In this document: positions 1 through 15,593 of the stretch, in pieces | Layout: every line of letters starts with the position of its first letter | Position numbering within the stretch: the stretch's first letter is position 1 | Origin: the human T2T-CHM13v2.0 reference genome, Homo sapiens | Direction: 5' to 3' (one strand) | DNA: 64,000 nt | NCBI RefSeq assembly: GCF_009914755.1 | Contig: NC_060926.1 | Notes under the pieces: model-generated | Seen by the model: the letters and a program-made list of their open reading frames with translations, nothing else | Databases searched by the model: none | What the model was told of the DNA's origin: nothing | Program-made: the position numbers and the translations under genes

Positions 1-71
1 ATTTTTATTATTTTTTCACCCTAATTTTTATATGGTGAAACAAGTTCACTTTACGCTTTTGTCAAGAATTA

Positions 72-650
72 GTAAATTAGTTCATACACTCTGGAAAGCA
101 GTTTGGAGATTTCTCAGGAAACTTAGAACTACCGTTTGATCCAGCTATCCTATTACTGGGTATATATCCAAAAGAAAATAAATCACTCAACCAAAAAGAC
201 ACATGCACCTGTATCTTTATTGCAGCATTATTCACAAGTAGAAAAACCTGGAATCAATCTAGGTATCCATCAATGGTGGATTGGACAAAGGAAGTGTACA
301 TATACACCATGGAATACTATGCAGCCATAGAATAGAACAAAATTATGTCCTCTTCAGCCATGTGGATGCAGCTGGAGGCCATTATCCTGAGTGAATTAAT
401 GCAGGAACAAAAATTAAATACCACATGCTTTCATTTATAAGTGGAAGCTAAACATTGAGTACTCATGGACATAAATATGGCAACAATAGACACTGCGGAC
501 TACTAGAGGGAAAAGTTTGAGGAACTATTGGTTACTCTGCTCAGTATCTGGGTGACAGGATCATTTGTACCTCAAACCTCAGCATCATGCAATATACCCA
601 GGTAACAAACCTGCACATGTACTCTCTGAATCTAAAAAGTTGGAAAAATA
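72..650 (+). mobile_element. LINE-1 3' fragment (L1PB-type): ORF2 end plus 3' UTR
   Basis: ggaaagcagtttggagatttctc ... caaacctcagcatcatgcaatatacccaggtaacaaacctgcacatgtac then short A tail; candidate TSD aagaattagta (64-74) / aataattagta (647-657). Confidence 0.9.
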
Positions 651-674
651 ATTAGTATACATTTTGGAAAAATG

Positions 675-1640
<966 letters not shown>

Positions 1641-1647
1641 TCTCTTA

Positions 1648-2533
1648 GGAACTTACACAAATTTACAAGAGAAAAGCAACCCCGTTAAAAAGGGGCAAAA
1701 GAAATGAAAAGACACTTATTGAAAGAAGACATACATGTATCCAACAAGCATGTGAAAAAAAACCTCAATATCACCGATTGTTAGAAAAATGCAAATCAAA
1801 GCCACAATGACATATCATCTCACAGCAGTCAGAGTGGCTATTCTTAAAAAGTCAAAAAAAATTGCTGGCGAGGTTGTAGAGAAAAAGGGAATAGTTACAC
1901 ACTGTTGGTGGGAGTGTAAATTAGTTCAACCATGGTGGAAAGCGGTATGGCAATTCCACAAAAAGCTGAACACAGAACTGCCATTCCATCCATCAATCCC
2001 ATTATTACACATATACCCAGAGGAATATAAATCAACCTACCATAAAGACACATGCAGGTTCATGTTCATGTTCGTTGCAGCACTATTCACAATAGTAAAG
2101 ACGTGGAATCAACACAAATGCCCACAAATGACAGACTGGATAAAGAAATGTGGTACATGTACACCATGGAATACTATACAGCTATAAAAAATAATGAGCT
2201 CATGTCTTTTGAGGGAACGTGGATGAAGCTGGAGGCTGTTATCCCTAGCAAACTAGTGCAGAAGCAGAAAACAAAATACCGCATGTTCTCACTTATAAGT
2301 GGGAGCTAAATGATGAGAACTCGTGAACACAAAGATGGGAAAAATAGACACTGGAGCCTACTTGAGGGTGAAGGGTGGGAGGAGGGAGAGAATCAGAAAA
2401 AATAACTAGTGGGTACTAGCCTTAGTACCTGGGTGATTAAATCATCTGTACAACAAACGCCTGTGACACGAGTTTACCTATAGAACAAACCAGAATATGT
2501 ACCTCTGAACCTGAAATAAAAGTTCAAAAAAAG
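1648..2533 (+). mobile_element. LINE-1 3' fragment (about L1PA15-16)
   Basis: ORF 1789..2187 matches the ORF2 Cys-rich C-terminus (HCWWECKLVQP); 3' UTR ends ctgaacctgaaataaaagttcaaaaaaa. Confidence 0.92.
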
Positions 2534-2534
2534 A

Positions 2535-3385
2535 ATAATTATTAATGATATAGGTGATCTTGACATCGCACATCTGTGAGAAGATAATCACCAAACCCTT
2601 AAAAAGATTGATAGATCATTTTGAGTTTCATTTTCACCAAGAGAAGATGTATGTATAGGAATTTTATAATTAATCTATTTATTTCATCAAAAAACTTAAA
2701 TTTAACTAATTTGACAAGGTTAATTGTTGAAAATACAACTAGTGATAAAATATTAAAAATGAATTTTAAAAATGGAGCATCAATTGCTACATTTTGAAGG
2801 AAAGTTTAAGAGATTCATATGAGCTTATTGAAATTGCTTTAAAACCGTTTCTATTCTCAACACAGGACTGCGAGACTGGTTTTGTACTGTTATCAAACAA
2901 AGTACTGAAACAGTTTCGGTATACATTATTGTCTGTGGATAGCAGTATTGCCAACGCAAACTAGATTAAATCAGTTAATAAGTGAGTTTATTTGTCTCAT
3001 TAATATTTGCTGTTAATATTTACTCAGTGTTTGCAGGCTTTTAATGTGGAGAATCATCATCTCCCTCATAAATTTTTATTTAGTTTCAACTGCATAATGA
3101 CAAAAAGTTGGTGTATATTTTCTATATTAATTGACTACTCACATTTGCAATAAATGACATATAGATATTTAATTATTTCTCTATGTAATGTTGGTTGTGA
3201 TTATATTACCATTTAATATGCCTTGTTGGATATAAAAAATGAAAAATCTTGGGCTTTATTTTATAGATTTTTATTGTTTACTTTTTCTAGTAATTCATTT
3301 AACTTTTTAAAATGTTTTGGACTGTGATGGATTGGGATTTTTAAAAGTGGTTGTCTATCACGAATAGTTTGATTAATGGTGATCT
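2535..3385 (+). mobile_element. Decayed hAT-Charlie DNA transposon (Charlie7-like): transposase C-terminus and 3' end
   Basis: From 2821 reads ELIEIALKPFLFST, then CETGF: remnants of the hAT C-terminal dimerisation region with frameshifts; 3' end ggactgtgatggattggga...gaatagtttga resembles the Charlie terminus. Confidence 0.72.
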
Positions 3386-4084
3386 AGTGGATTTTAGTAA
3401 GATAATTACAAATACTTCAGGTGTGGCCCCACAAAGAACAGTAATGGACTCAGAGTTCAATAGCTATAGAAACAGTTACGTGGATATTTCAGGGGAAAGA
3501 TGAAGAATAAAATACTTTCGTACTGTAGAGATAAAGTACAGAGAAACTTCTTTGTATTTCTTTGAGAACCTAAAGGAAAGAAAAAAAAAACAGAAAATGA
3601 GTAGGATTTAAAAGAGCACCTTCGATTTTCTCTCACTTTTGCATAATGACTTTGCCAATAATAGTGGTGAAGAACTTTGGTTCTTTAGAAGAAAAGATAC
3701 AGATTACAGCTGATTGCACTGCAATATTTTTTCCATCCCACTGAAATTACTCTGGGGACAGCTTGTATAAAAATTGACTCTTCCCCGGAATGCCAAGATG
3801 TGTATTTGTTTAGTACTAATGAAAACAATAACACTAATGTACTTTTGAATTTAGTTGGAGATGAATAAAACCCTCAAATTATCTATGAGAAGGTTCGTTA
3901 AGTTTTTCTTTTGAGGTTACACTTATATTTTTTCTTATATAAAAAAGTTACACAGAATCAGAACTCATTATCTATGTGAATAACTATTACAATATTTTGA
4001 AAGCCTATTAAATATAGACACTTTATATTCACTCAACTTTTACATACATTAGATAGTCGACATGTGTTATCTCTAATTTATGTG

Positions 4085-4232
4085 AGGATCCTTCTGAATA
4101 GACATATATCATCTTTTTGCAGATGGAGAAATTTAAGCAGAAAAAGTTAAATAACACGCCCAGGTAGACTATGATAATGCTGAAGTTAAACCCAGCTCAC
4201 TTCGATTCCAAAGACCATGCCCTTTCTACTCT
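4085..4232 (-). mobile_element. MIR fragment
   Basis: ttttgcagatggagaaatttaagcagaaaaagttaaataacacgccc ... gattccaaagaccatgc = antisense MIR core. Confidence 0.7.
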
Positions 4233-4967
4233 AATAGATTGTCACAATATTTTTCACTGCTGTTATTTCATAAATAACTTTTCATAAAAGCAAAATGTGC
4301 ACATTAAAAAATCTATTTAAAGATATTAAATGAAGAAATATCTGTATCTTTCAATTGGCTACTTGGCATTTTGTGTGATTTTGTTTCATGGAAGCTGTTA
4401 TGGGACTGGCTTTTCTTTTGACATTTGCTATGTGAAACTAGATCAATGTAAACTACTAATTGGATGATTTATATCTTCGTCTGCTATTGTGAAAAAAATG
4501 GCAGTTATATAAAGCTCTCCAAGGAGACATATTTTCCAAAAGCAATAATTGATATGAATGAAATGTAAGCTTTGGATAAAGATTACAGAGATATTTGATT
4601 GTTCTGCATTAAGAAATCATTTTTCAAATTAGCATTAAAAGAAATCTATTTTTTCCATGTATCTTCTACATATATGGGTGACTTCCTTTTCCTATAAGAT
4701 ATAGTAGTTGCTTGTGTGGAATATCTAATATGTTTTTTCTTGTCTTCAAAACCATGTGATATTTTTCTACTGATTCTCCTTTTCCAACAATATTTCCTTG
4801 AAGTCAACAAATGAGATAAGTGCTTTGATTCTCCCTTCTCACTCACTCAGTAAGTTATCAAGAGTCACCAATTTTGCCTAGCACATTGCATTTTCCTCAT
4901 TCTATACACAGTTTATCTGATGGGGCTATAATCTTCTTCTTTTTGGGTTATTAGGGCAAAGATTTAG

Positions 4968-5085
4968 TTCTGTCTCTCCAATGTAAGTAGCCAGTAGCCA
5001 TATATGCCTACTGAACAATTGCTATCTGTCTGATCCAAATTTCTATTACCTGGAAGCATGCACTATACCCTGGGTTTGAAGTATA
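4968..5085. mobile_element. MER3/Charlie5-like hAT fragment
   Basis: tccaatgtaagtagccagtagccatatatgcctactgaaca resembles TCCAATACGGTAGCCACTAGCCACATGTGGCTATTGAGCA. Confidence 0.45.
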
Positions 5086-5356
5086 CATGTAAGTAGATAT
5101 ACATTTAGCCACTTCATTATGTAAATCAAAACACAATGATGCTATTTTTCTTTAATTTTTATTTTACCTTAGTGGAGAAAAGTATAACTGGCACTTCTTT
5201 GGACAGCAGTTGGTTGGGGATAGTGATGTGGATTAATGCAGTATTGAACTAAGTTTAGCAGGTCTAGACAAGGATTGAACAGATAATCAGAATTCATTAT
5301 TAGCATGTTGATTCAAGCAACTCAGCTAATTGGCCACAGACAAAAAAAATAATAGA

Positions 5357-5719
<363 letters not shown>

Positions 5720-6075
5720 TCATTCATACGGGGATATTTGAACATTTTAAATGAGATTATAATATAAAGTTCATTTCTTCATTTTTCTTTGAAAAAGGTG
5801 GTATAGGGTTCTCTCAATAATTTACATGAAAACAATTCCTGGTTACTTTACTTAACATCTGCAATATAAAAGAAAGTCCCCAAAGCCACAAATACAACTA
5901 ATTGGAAGAAATACTACGCAAGAGTGTATAGAAATTCTAACAGGTCTCAGCAAACATATGATAAAAGCTGAAATCCTATACAGCATTCATCATGCATCAT
6001 GAGTCATGGTCGTTTTTTGGGGGGTGAACGTAAAAAGTAAAATCAGGATATGAAAATGAGCCCCAGAGAACACAC

Positions 6076-6385
6076 TTTTTTTGTTTTGTTTTGTTTTGTT
6101 TTTGAGGTGGAGTCTTGCTCTGTAGCCCAGGCTGGAGTGCAATGACACAATCTTAGCATACTGCAACCTCTGCCTCCTGAGTTCAAGTGATTCTCCTGCC
6201 TCAGCCTCCTGAGTAGCTGTGATTACAGGCTCCTGCCACCTTGCCCAGTTAATTTTTGTATTTTTAGTAGAGACGGGGTTTCGCCATGTTGGCCAGGCTG
6301 GTCTTGAACTCCTGACCTCAGGTGATCCACTCGCCTTGGCCTCCCAAAGTGCTGGGATTACAGGTGTGCACCATCGCACCCAGCT
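6076..6385 (-). mobile_element. AluS (Sx-like)
   Basis: Antisense dimer with (TTTTG)n tail; TSD agaacacac (6067-6075 / 6387-6395). Confidence 0.96.
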
Positions 6386-6789
6386 AAGAACACACATTTT
6401 GTTGTCTTTGAGAATTCAAATAAAAAGTATGAAATAAATAATTTTTAAAACATCATCAACATTGTGTCCCTCATGCATGATATAATGACAGAAAAAGTTG
6501 GTAAAAATTTAGAGTCTTTGGAAGTAAGAAGGTAAATGGTGTCTGATATCACTGAGAATTTTTATTTTTCTTATTGAAATATACATAGGGTAACTTTTAT
6601 GGAAACTGATCTATCAGTGTATTATGTAGATGCATATTTTCTATTACAAACAAAAACTATAACTTTGATGTGTACTTAAACTTAGCTGAATAAATTATAA
6701 AATTCAAGTGATCTATGTAGAACTTTCTGGTTTAGTTATGCTGGTTTTACAGACAGTATCTATAATATACATATAAGAATATAGCTAAG

Positions 6790-6935
6790 AAGGTATTATG
6801 CCATCCTTTCACAGATGACAAAACTGAGGCACAGAAAAGTATCTGATTTGCCAAAGATCACATATGTTGAGCCTGATGGTACTGGAAATTATATCCAGCT
6901 CTCTGATTCCAAAGCCCCTTCCCTTTTTACTATGT
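6790..6935 (-). mobile_element. MIR fragment
   Basis: cacagatgacaaaactgaggcacaga ... tttgccaaagatcaca ... ctctgattccaaagccc. Confidence 0.8.
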
Positions 6936-7124
6936 TATGCTTGTCTTCTATATGAATGCTACTTACGTTTAAATATATTTTCATGCAAGTAAAATACGAA
7001 TAATTGGAAAAAATCCATCATTTTTTCTAATAAAAACCTTCTAAGTGAAAATTTTCTAGTTAAAGAGATTCTCTATTTTAACTCAATCATTTGACATTTT
7101 ACTTTTCTGTTGCATTGCCATTGT

Positions 7125-8802
<1,678 letters not shown>

Positions 8803-9244
8803 TCAAACTGACTTTTAGAAAATTTGGAACATAAAAAAAAATTTTATCAATATGCTTTACTAATTTGGAGATTTATATTTCTGTCTGCCATACAAAGTGG
8901 AAGTCAATAAAACTTCCTAGGGGAACATATTTTCAGCAAGTTGCAACTTACATGAATAAAGTGTAATCTCTTGTTAGAGGATATAGAGACATGCAGTTGT
9001 TGTGAATTACATAACCATTTCCAAAAATTCTAATAAAGTGATTCTACTTCCTCTACATGTTTTTCTATGTGGGTGATTTATTTAGTTCTATAAATAAATG
9101 TATAAATGAATTTAAAATATACTTTTAATTTTTGTATTTAGTTGTTTGTCAAACATTTAGTATATTTTTATTTGCTTTAAGAGGCACATAATATTTCTCT
9201 ATTTCTTATTTCATACATTTATTCTAATATTCTAATATTGACCT

Positions 9245-9480
9245 TTTAAAGTGTTCTATGTAAACATAACTCAACCCATTGTACTCCTGTAATTAATATT
9301 CTCCAGTGGTCATGCCATCACCTAAATAATAAAATCAAAGTCTTTAATTTAGCTTTGCATGTCTTTCATAACATGATTTATGCGTAGTATTCTCACTTGA
9401 TTTCTCACCATTCCCTCCTTTGCCTTTTATATAGCACCGAGCTCTCAACCGTGGTGTTTCTGGCCTTAGAACATTTGCTT
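9245..9480 (+). mobile_element. L2 fragment
   Basis: ctccagtggtcatgccatcacctaaataataaaatcaaagtcttta ... ttctcaccattccctcct, typical L2 3' region. Confidence 0.6.
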
Positions 9481-9887
9481 AGGTTACTTTCATTCATTAA
9501 ACACATTTCTTGGATACCTACTCTTGGTGTTAGTAATTTAAAAAATTAAAACATTGCTTCTGCTCTAAAAAAGCACATTATTTAGTGTTCTTTGGAATAA
9601 TAATAATAATAAAAAAAACTACAGTACAGCACAGAAGCTTCTTAGCCTTCAAGAAAATATATTACACTTCCTAAATATCCCTGGTCTGTTTCTCCTCCCT
9701 ACTTCCTTCTTTTTCATCTTCAAGTCAAGAAATCAGGTCACTATCATATTTAATCATCTGCCATGCCATGAGGTCTATTAGGGGCTAATGGAAGCACAGG
9801 GTATGTGGAAGATGAGGCCGTTTTCCTGGCTTAGTAGACAGTATATCTACAGGAACATAAATGAACCATCTACAGATTGATTTAATG

Positions 9888-10114
9888 TGAGGATCAGCAA
9901 ACTTTTGTCTATTCAGGACCAGATTTTAAATATTTTTGGCTTTTAGAGGCATGTAGTCTTTGTCACACCTGTTCAGCTCTATCCTTGTAAGGCAAAACTA
10001 GCCATTGAAAATAGGTACATAAATAATGGCGATGGCTGTGTTCCAATAAAACTTTACCAGAAAAATGGGTAACAGACTGACTTTGGCCTTGGGGCTACAG
10101 TTTATCCACTACTG
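9888..10114 (+). mobile_element. MER58A (hAT-Charlie MITE)
   Basis: gaggatcagcaaact ... ggctgtgttccaataaaacttta ... tttatccactactg; 8-bp TSD atttaatg (9880-9887 / 10115-10122). Confidence 0.9.
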
Positions 10115-10374
10115 ATTTAATGGATAGAAAATAAAAGATATAGTTTAAAAAATTACTCAGGTAAATAGTCAGAGAAATCAAATGCATTCTGTGTTAGGCC
10201 CAATCAGGAGAGCATACCTGGTTGCAGTAATTACTAAACAAGCACTTGCAGAAAAACTGTCCAAACCAGGCTTTCTCTACAAAGTAGAATAATAAGACTG
10301 AAGTCTTAGAGATAGTTATGCAAACAGCATCATTGACCTTAAAAGGCAAGTCAAACATGGAAAATTACCAGAAT

Positions 10375-10526
10375 TAAATTTAGAGTTCTCCATAGAAACG
10401 GTACCATAGGATACACACACACACACACGTACACACATACCCACACACAACCACATACATGCATGTATGTTTAAATACAGACATATATATATTTGTTTAT
10501 ATTATATATTATACATAAATATAAAC

Positions 10527-10580
<54 letters not shown>

Positions 10581-10912
10581 AGCCTGACAAGTCTCAAGAT
10601 GTGCAGATGGCAGACTAGAGACCCAGGAAAGCTGATGGTGTAGTTCCAATCTGGAAAAAACAAAAAAAAAATCAGCGTAACAGCTAAAAGTCTGGCAGGC
10701 AGGAGGAATTCCCTCTTACTCAGTGGTGGGTCAGCTTTTTGTTTTATTCAGGCTCACCTACATTATGGAGAAAAGTCTGCTTTATTCAGTCTGCTGAATT
10801 GAATGTTAAACTCATTCAAAAATACCCTCACAGAAATGCCCAGAATAATGTTATACCACTATTTGGGCATCCCATAGCTCAGTCAAGGTGACATATAAAA
10901 TTTATCATCTCA
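10375..10912 (-). mobile_element. MLT2 (ERVL) solo LTR, MLT2B-like
   Basis: ttagagttctccatagaaac ... gacccaggaaagctgatggtgtagttcc ... cagtcaaggtgacatataaaatttatcatctca. Confidence 0.85.
10411..10578. repeat. Compound (CA)n / (AT)25 microsatellite inside MLT2
   Basis: Imperfect CA run 10413-10450; uninterrupted AT run 10529-10578. Confidence 0.97.
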
Positions 10913-11208
10913 TAAAGCAAGTTGGTATTTCTAAGGACAGTTTGTATAACAGGAGCCAGGAAAGTCTAATTGCCTTTTACAAAGCACCACTTCACCATAA
11001 CACATGCCTCTTTCCCAGCCAACCTAGTGAACAAAACCCAACAAATTGACACTAAAAGTTAAAGTTACTTAATACCCCTTGAAAATTCGTGAAAGCAATT
11101 GTAGTAATTAGTTCTTCTAGTTTCATGATATTTCCTTTTCCCCAATAGGGTATACACACACACACACACACGATCTAATTGCAAAATCACAAATCTATAT
11201 ATTGACAA

Positions 11209-11562
11209 TGCTTTAGTCTGTTTTGTGCTACTATAAAAGAATATCTGAGATGAGTATTTTAAAATGAACAGAAATTTACTGGCTCCCAGTTTTGGAGGCT
11301 GGGAAGTCCAAAGTTGAGGGTTAAACATCTGGGGAGGGTTTTCTTATAGCATTGTTCCATGGTGGAAGGGCAAAGTGAGGATGAGAGAAAGCAAAAGATT
11401 GAGATCTCAGCCTCAAACTTTTTATAATCAGCATTAATCTATTCATGAGGATGGAGCTCTCAAGACCTAAAAACCACCCAGTAGGTCCCACCTCCCACCA
11501 CTGTCGCACTGGGGGTAAAGTTTCCAACACATGCTTTATAGGGGCACATTCGAACCATCACA
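11209..11562 (-). mobile_element. MaLR solo LTR (MSTD-like)
   Basis: tgctttagtctgttttgtgctactataa ... ggaggctgggaagtccaa ... ggtcccacctcccacc ... aaccatcaca. Confidence 0.85.
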
Positions 11563-11742
11563 AACGTATATCATATGTTTTCTATATTGTGAAGAGCACA
11601 TTGCCTTGTTGTATCTGGCTTTGTATAAACCAAGTTGCAGAGATATTTTATATGTCATTTTAACCTTCTTACTTTAGTATTTTATTAGCAGAATTTGTTA
11701 ATAGAAAACATTGTAAAATAAAATAGGTATGAGCATAACTAC

Positions 11743-12039
11743 TTTTTAATTTAGCGATAGGGTTTTGCCCTGTTGCTGAGACTAGGCTGGAGTAAAGCGG
11801 TGCAATCATAGCTCACTGCAGCCTCAAACTCCTAGGCTCAAGTGATTCTCCAGCCTCAGCCTTCCAGGTAGCTAGGACTATATGCATGCACCACCACACC
11901 GGCTAATTTTTAAAATTTTTGTAGAGACAGCATCTTGCTATGTTGCCCAGGCTGGTCTCAAACTCCTGGCCTGAAAGAGTATTCCAGCCTAAACCTCCCA
12001 AAATGCTGGGATTACAGGCATTAGCCACCACATCTAGCC
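11743..12039 (-). mobile_element. AluJ
   Basis: gcaatcatagctcactgcagcctcaaactcctaggctcaag (J-type); TSD agcataacta (11732-11741 / 12040-12049). Confidence 0.95.
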
Positions 12040-13024
12040 AGCATAACTATGTCCTTATTCTAAACTTATTGTGACATAGTATTATCGTGGTCCTTTTTTT
12101 GTTTTTTTCATTCTCTTTACCATAGGAAAAGAAGAAAAGTCATTTTATTTATACCATCTACTCAAATGACAAGTGTCAACATTCCATTGCTTAAGTAAAA
12201 ATTCATTAGAATGAATATCTGGCAGTATCAAATACTGCTTTCTTTCAGATCGCTGCATCTCTGCCATCCAACCTAACCACCATCACCCAGTTTCACTAAA
12301 GAAGCAAACATATTACATATTAGCATAAATAAAATGTACGGAGCCATCACTTAAATGTGACATCCTTTTAGATTGACACATATCTATGAAACTGAATTTC
12401 TGATGCTAGAACTCTTGAAATCCATTTATTTAATTCTCAGTGGCCCGAAAATTCCTTTACATCTTAGATTTGTTGTCTCATGTTTATAAAAGTGACTGAC
12501 ATCTACCTCCAACCATTATTTTTCTGACAAACAAGATATAGTTTGGGATTTGACAAAACAGCTCTCTTTTATAGGGCTTTTGACAAAAAGAAAAATAAAC
12601 TTTATAGATTGAAGCATATCTAAAGTCATCAATTTCTGATCCAGTTATAAATATGTCAAATAGCATTCTTCTAAGTAAATAGTGAATATTATTTCTTTAT
12701 TTTTTCTTACTCTTCTTTCAAAACCTCTGAAGCTGTCCTTAAAGGAATGTAAAATTTAAAGGAGAAAATATGGTTTGCAATTGAGATTTTCTGTTAACAT
12801 TCAGTCTGCATTGGTTGTATTCAATGCTTTTATTTTTCTTCTGGAAATAGCAGTAAATTTATGTGTTGGTGACATTTCAGAAATCCCGTCTTGGACTATG
12901 ACTTACACTCTGTATTGCATTATAAATACTGACTTGCTTTCAAATCCCATGTGTGTCTCTCACATAGAAACCAACGTGACAGCGAAATTATTATGCAACT
13001 TACAACATTTATTACCCTTGCTGG

Positions 13025-13074
<50 letters not shown>
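13025..13074. repeat. (AT)8(GT)17 compound microsatellite
   Basis: Read directly from the sequence. Confidence 0.98.
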
Positions 13075-13077
<3 letters not shown>

Positions 13078-13764
13078 ATTCACAACGGCCTCTGGGTTTT
13101 GAGGTATGTATATATTTTTTAATTACCTAAGTTCTATACATTTTATATATTTTTTAAAAATTTTTCTGTGCTTAATGTCTGCTATAGAAAAAAATGCACA
13201 TGTAATTGGGAATTAAGATACCAAATTTCAAGTTAGGATCTGATTCTTTCTGAAGGGGAATCTTTTACATTGCTGCTCTGGATTTATGTATGCTATGAAT
13301 TTTGGTAGGAAAAGGATTTTTTCTCTAAATTTATTATTAATAATGTCTTAATCTTTCTGTTTTATCCTGTTGGGTTTCAAACCTTTCTTACGTAGTTTTT
13401 GGTCATTTTGTTCTACCTTTTCTGTTCTTTTTGTCAATATTCCATTTATAGGTGTGCAAGTGAAAATTCATATCGTGTCAGTAATGACACCGATTTTGTC
13501 CTTTCCAATAAATAATGTTGTGCCTTGTTAAGGTATCCAAGTTGATTATTTTGTATGAAATGAAGACACAAACATAAAATTTCAATTGTGCAAAGGTAGT
13601 AGTTAAACAGAGCTATTTCTGTCAACAGTGGGGAGACACTGGAGATGTAACAGGTGGGTCAAAGCTCTGCTTGGTTATTTGTTTTGAATCACTTTGCTGA
13701 GAACATAAATGTGGAACAGTCGTCTTGCCTTTATAGTGTATAATGCACTAGTAATGAAAATATC

Positions 13765-14235
13765 TAGTTTATCTTTTTGTCTCCAAACAAAAAAGGCTAC
13801 TATAACAAATTAACCACAAACTCGGTGGCTTAAAATGACAGGCATATATTCTCTCACAATTCAGGAGACCAAAAGCCTGAAATCAAAGTGTTAACAGGGT
13901 TGATTCTTCCTGGGGGCTCTGAAGAATGATCTGTGTCATGGCTCTCTTCTAGCTTCTACTCACTGCTGGCAATCCTTGGTGTTGCTGGGATTGTAGCCAT
14001 GTGACTTCTGCCTCTGTTTTCACATGGTCTTCTCGGTGTCTCTATATTTTACTTGCTCTATAGGAAACACCTGTTTTTGGATTTAGGGCTCAACCTAAAT
14101 CAAGGATGATCCCATATTGAGATCCTTACCTTAATCACATCTGCAAAGACTTGTTTTTCTTTTTCCCCCCCCAGAGAAAGTCATACTCGCAGCTTCCAGG
14201 TAGAAATGTCTTTTGGGCATAATTCAAACTATTAA
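13765..14235 (-). mobile_element. MLT1 LTR (MLT1B/C-like)
   Basis: ggctactataacaaattaaccacaaactcggtggcttaaaa ... gagatccttaccttaatcacatctgcaaagac. Confidence 0.85.
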
Positions 14236-15075
14236 AATCTACCCTCTGGCCTCCAAAAATTTACATTTGTTTTAAATGCAAACTATATTTACCACATCTC
14301 AATAATCTTGATAGCCTCAACCTATTATATCATGAACTCTAAGTCCAAAATCTCATCTAAATATCAAGTCAGAAAGTCCCAAATCTCATCTAAGTCATAT
14401 ATGAGTGAGACTCTGAGTATGATCCTTTTGGGAGTAGAATTCTTCTCCATCTGTGGCTGTATGGAACTGCAAAACAAGTCATATGCTTCCAAAATACAAT
14501 AATGGCCCAGGTGTAGAATAGACATTTTTATTCCATGATAGAAGGAACATGGTGGTCATTGGTCACAAGCAAGTTCAAAATCCAGCAGGAAAAAATTTGA
14601 CTGGATTTCAAAGCCTGAGATCGTCCTCTGTGGCTTGATGTTCTGTCCTCTGGGATGCAGGTGGTCCTGCAAACATCTGTGTCACCCTCAGAGTTATTCT
14701 TCCTTTTTCTTCTAGGGTAGTACATATGCAGCTGAGTAGCTCCATGATCCCATTTCCTGCTTACAGAATCGTAGAAGTTCAACAGTCTTTTGTCATTGTT
14801 TCCTGTTTGTGTCTCTTTCAGTCCAAGATGGCAATGTTTCTACTGATATACTATTCTTAAAAACCATGTTGGTCTCTTGTATATGTCTTGTGGTATAAGC
14901 CATCAGACAATAGTCCTCCACTATCTTTCATGGATAAGCTCATTTCTATTTCTGGCTTCTGCTGAGATATTTGACTAGATGCATGAGTCACACCCTTGGA
15001 GTCTTTAGCTAAAGATTGTTAAGCCATACACTTGAACTTCTTTCCAGAGCACAGTTTCTGAACAGTGAATTTCCT
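14236..15075 (-). mobile_element. MLT1 internal sequence
   Basis: Follows the LTR directly: ctaccctctggcctccaaaa ... aagtccaaaatctcatctaa ... gcttccaaaatacaataatgg, MaLR-int type. Confidence 0.75.
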
Positions 15076-15079
15076 ATAG

Positions 15080-15346
15080 ATTTTGACACCAATTCTCTAA
15101 TATCAATTGGGTGTTCTACAATTCAATTCAGTTCTGACGCTAACTACCTGGAATTAGTGCAGACCCCACAAGTTAAGGGTTAACTCTTTCAATTCCAATG
15201 TTAACTACTCAGAAATAGCCTCATATCCTGTAAGTTAAAGGGCAAGGTCCTTAACAGGACTGCTCTTACTTCAGATGCCAGCCACGAGAAAGCATCCCCA
15301 GGGTACCTGCATTTCCATCTGACTTGGCTACAAATCTGGGAGTTTC
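15080..15346. mobile_element. MER21-family LTR fragment
   Basis: gggtgttctacaattcaattcagttctgacgctaactacctggaattagtgcagaccccacaagttaaggg ... acttcagatgccagc. Confidence 0.8.
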
Positions 15347-15593
15347 TTGGGCTTGTAGCTGCATATCCTCAATCTCTGTCTCTATCTTCACATGGCTTTC
15401 TCCTCGGTGTCTTTACTATTCTATAAGAATGTCTGTTAATGTATTTAGGACCCACTCTAAATCCAGAAAGATGTTATCTTGAGATACTTTACATTAAATA
15501 AATTACATCCACAAATACCCTTTACCAAATAATATCATATTCTCAGGCTCCAGTGGCTATACACTTTGGAGGAACACAATTCAATTTACTACA
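15347..15593 (-). mobile_element. Partial second MLT1 LTR
   Basis: Homologous to about 13985-14235 (gcttgtagctgca ... ttcacatggc ... tttaggacccactctaaatcc ... caattcaatttactaca). Confidence 0.8.

Noticed and set aside
12235-12300. Isolated splice-acceptor-like sites (here and near 42942)
   Set aside because: No convincing paired donor or reading frame; common by chance in pyrimidine-rich DNA
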